From the IMG/VR virus record IMGVR_UViG_3300032116_001049, positions 1 to 28,179 of that record: DNA of 28,179 bases; one strand, 5' to 3'. Below are positions 26,509 through 28,179 of the stretch, piece after piece (position 1 is the stretch's first letter; every line of letters starts with the position of its first letter). The notes below the pieces were generated by a model, which did not search any database, was not told where the DNA came from, and saw only the letters and a list, made by a program, of their open reading frames with translations. Source of the stretch: a virus (lineage: Duplodnaviria > Caudoviricetes). The position numbers and the translations under genes were made by a program.

Positions 26509-26725
26509 AGTTCTTTTTGATCCTCTGCTTCTTTTTGCAAACCTTATCGCAGCCGCAATGCGGCTCCCGCGTGTAATCCTCCACCAGACCGAATTGCCGC
26601 TCAACCTCCGCAGCCAAGTCTTTGCGCATGATTTTGCAAGGCTGGCGCATGACAATCCTTTGCCTGCAATCCGCGCAATGAAGGTCAAAGATTCCGCAAT
26701 CATCTTTGCAATAGTCACAATCCAC
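26501..26725 (-). CDS. Cys-rich hypothetical protein
   Basis: 74 aa with CDYC, CADC and CGCDKVC; GTG start abuts the TAG of the 26726 ORF. Confidence 0.6.
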   Translation of the reverse strand: MDCDYCKDDCGIFDLHCADCRQRIVMRQPCKIMRKDLAAEVERQFGLVEDYTREPHCGCDKVCKKKQRIKKNYE

Positions 26726-27548
26726 CTAAAACTTCCCATGCTCGTCTAGCCACTTCTGGAACTTGTCCATTTCCAATGGCTTCAAGTCTGTCCAACCGAG
26801 AGGCCACCCCATCAGCCACTCGACCCACATCGGGTTCAACTTCCCACCATTTCCCGCCCCCATCTGCCTGGCTTCTTCGATAGTCGTGTTTTTCTTGAGC
26901 AATTCCCAACTTCCCGTTCCCCCGCACATTCCTTTCGTCCTGGGCGTGGGCCAATTCACTTGAGCCGTCAATGTTGGGGTGTTTCTCATATGTTCGCTTG
27001 GTGCGTTGGTCTCTTTGCTCATGTGTGCTGTTGGCGTTGTCCAGCGGAGGGGGGGGGGGAGAAGTTTGCTTTAATCCAAATTCTGTCTCGCTGGTGCGGA
27101 GCCCCGACATCTGCTGCTCCCAGCACTCCCCATTTCGCATCAAACCCCATCGAGGCCAAGTCTCCGAGAACGGTTCCAAGTCCCCTAGAAGTGAGCATTG
27201 GTGAGTTCTCCACAAGGACGAATCGGGGTCGTACTTCGTGAATGATCCTTGCCATTTCTCGCCACATTCCTGACCGTTCTCCGTCAATTCCTGCTCCCTT
27301 TCCTGCTGCGGAGATGTCTTGGCATGGAAACCCGCCAGATACGACATCAACAATTCCTCGCCACGGCCTTCCGTCAAAGGTTTGAACATCATCCCAAATC
27401 GGGAAAGGGGGGAGAAATCCGTCATTTTGTCGGGCGCACAATACGCTTGCTGGGTAGGGTTCCCACTCAACTGCACAGACTGTTCTCCATCCAAGGAGAT
27501 GTCCCCCAAGTATTCCTCCACCAGCGCCTGCGAAAAGAGCCAACTCAT
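26715..27548 (-). CDS. 277-aa chimeric frame: methyltransferase beta-chain N-terminal half joined to alpha-chain C-terminus (motif X)
   Basis: Open across the whole locus in the +1 frame relative to alpha; ends RLEAIGNGQVPEVARRAW (C5-MTase motif X). Confidence 0.6.
   Translation of the reverse strand: MSWLFSQALVEEYLGDISLDGEQSVQLSGNPTQQAYCAPDKMTDFSPLSRFGMMFKPLTEGRGEELLMSYLAGFHAKTSPQQEREQELTENGQECGEKWQGSFTKYDPDSSLWRTHQCSLLGDLEPFSETWPRWGLMRNGECWEQQMSGLRTSETEFGLKQTSPPPPPLDNANSTHEQRDQRTKRTYEKHPNIDGSSELAHAQDERNVRGNGKLGIAQEKHDYRRSQADGGGKWWEVEPDVGRVADGVASRLDRLEAIGNGQVPEVARRAWEVLGGL
26726..27022 (-). CDS. Methyltransferase beta-chain C-terminal part (TRD-like region plus motif IX)
   Basis: TPTLTAQVNWPTP..GKLNPMWVEWLMGWPLGWTD matches motif IX (consensus like LTP.E..RLMGFP..W); the frame is open upstream to the C tract (LRWTTPTAH). 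Confidence 0.7.
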   Translation of the reverse strand: MSKETNAPSEHMRNTPTLTAQVNWPTPRTKGMCGGTGSWELLKKNTTIEEARQMGAGNGGKLNPMWVEWLMGWPLGWTDLKPLEMDKFQKWLDEHGKF

Positions 27549-27552
27549 TCAT
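27019..27552 (-). CDS. DNA (cytosine-5) methyltransferase alpha chain, motifs I-VIII, truncated after the C11 tract
   Basis: LFAGAGG (I), GGFPCQDIS (IV), LVENSP (VI), PHQRDRIW (VIII); stops 10 codons after the tract. Confidence 0.9.
   Translation of the reverse strand: MNELALFAGAGGGILGGHLLGWRTVCAVEWEPYPASVLCARQNDGFLPPFPIWDDVQTFDGRPWRGIVDVVSGGFPCQDISAAGKGAGIDGERSGMWREMARIIHEVRPRFVLVENSPMLTSRGLGTVLGDLASMGFDAKWGVLGAADVGAPHQRDRIWIKANFSPPPSAGQRQQHT
27049..27059. repeat. G11/C11 homopolymer tract at the frameshift point
   Basis: Eleven consecutive G on the plus strand; the longest homopolymer I noticed in the window. Confidence 0.95.
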
Positions 27553-27929
27553 GCAGCCCTCATCGCGGCTCTCATCACCGCCGCCTTAAAGTCTTGCGGG
27601 TGGATAAATTGGGACTCCAGAATGCCGAGTTCTTTGCCCTTGGCAACAATCCCTGGCCATGTCTCATGCCATTCCTTGCCGTCAACAACCCCAGGCAGGG
27701 TCACTTTTAGTTCATCGTCCCACCGCTCCCCGCGCAACCAAGTCGCAGGATAGGGGATGAATTGCCCATCGTTCTTTCGCCATTGGTCGCTTTTTGCCTG
27801 GGCTTCGATTGACGCAAGGAGGTCAGGCAGAGCCGGTCGGATGTTCTGGGTCTGCGTCCATGCCTTTCTTGCATCGCCCTTGGCGACCCGCTTTGGGTAG
27901 GCTTTCCAGAAGGTGTCAAAGTCGGTCAT
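27549..27929 (-). CDS. Phage replication-initiator-like C-terminal domain protein
   Basis: Start reassigned to ATG 27929 (ATGA overlap). FDTFWKAYPKRVAKGDARKAW..QFIPYPATWLRGERWDDE. Confidence 0.75.
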   Translation of the reverse strand: MTDFDTFWKAYPKRVAKGDARKAWTQTQNIRPALPDLLASIEAQAKSDQWRKNDGQFIPYPATWLRGERWDDELKVTLPGVVDGKEWHETWPGIVAKGKELGILESQFIHPQDFKAAVMRAAMRAA

Positions 27930-28179
27930 GCGTTCTTTTCTTTCAGTTTGGCTTCGATGGCGCGGGAAAACGCTGAATATTGCAATGGATCGTAATGAGT
28001 AAAAATTTCCCAAGTTTCATCGCTGGTCAGCCCAACCCATTCACGCTTATGACCCCATACCCCAACCTCGCCAACCTTGGCTAAATCCGGCTGTGCTAGG
28101 GCTTGGTGTAACGCTTCTTTCGCATCATCCACTTGCCCCCATGCCAGAGCCTCTAACGCCATCTCTGCTGCTTTGCGTA
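27926..28179 (-). CDS. Hypothetical phage protein (probably 5'-truncated by the window edge)
   Basis: RKAAEMALEAL..KREWVGLTSDE..FSRAIEAKLKEKNA; frame is open to the window edge. Confidence 0.7.
   Translation of the reverse strand, partial: RKAAEMALEALAWGQVDDAKEALHQALAQPDLAKVGEVGVWGHKREWVGLTSDETWEIFTHYDPLQYSAFSRAIEAKLKEKNA

Noticed and set aside
26509-26739. N-terminal extension of the 162-aa ORF in the track
   Set aside because: Overlaps the Cys-rich 74-aa gene; the HNH-like sequence starts at ATG 26508.
26960-27753. Several plus-strand ORFs over the methyltransferase locus
   Set aside because: No motifs or start signals; likely by-products of the constrained dual-coding minus strand.
1-28179. 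CRISPR array, tRNA, rRNA, integrase or lysis genes
   Set aside because: None recognised; intergenic gaps are all under ~90 nt. Prophage versus lytic status cannot be decided from this window.

Overview
A 28 kb segment of a tailed dsDNA phage or prophage with a P22-like (podovirus) virion module. Every supported gene is on the minus strand, and most are tightly coupled by ATGA/TAATG overlaps. In transcription order (right to left): replication-like protein, a C5 DNA methyltransferase locus, Ref-like HNH nuclease, RusA, wHTH protein, ferritin/Dps-like protein, HiPIP-like Cys protein, GroES, several tiny Lys-rich proteins, an LPD23-like HExxH protein, TerS, TerL, portal, scaffold, coat, putative decoration protein, glycosyltransferase, a long repeat fibre, three fibre+chaperone pairs, gp4/gp10/gp26/gp14-like tail genes, three ejection proteins, and a tail fibre running off the left edge. 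The most striking feature is the methyltransferase locus (26715-27552). Two proteins are written over the same DNA in two reading frames (an M.EcoHK31I-like alpha/beta arrangement), and a C11 homopolymer shifts both at once. Deleting one C restores a 278-aa alpha chain and a 273-aa beta chain simultaneously. All family calls come from motif recognition by eye; no database searches were run.
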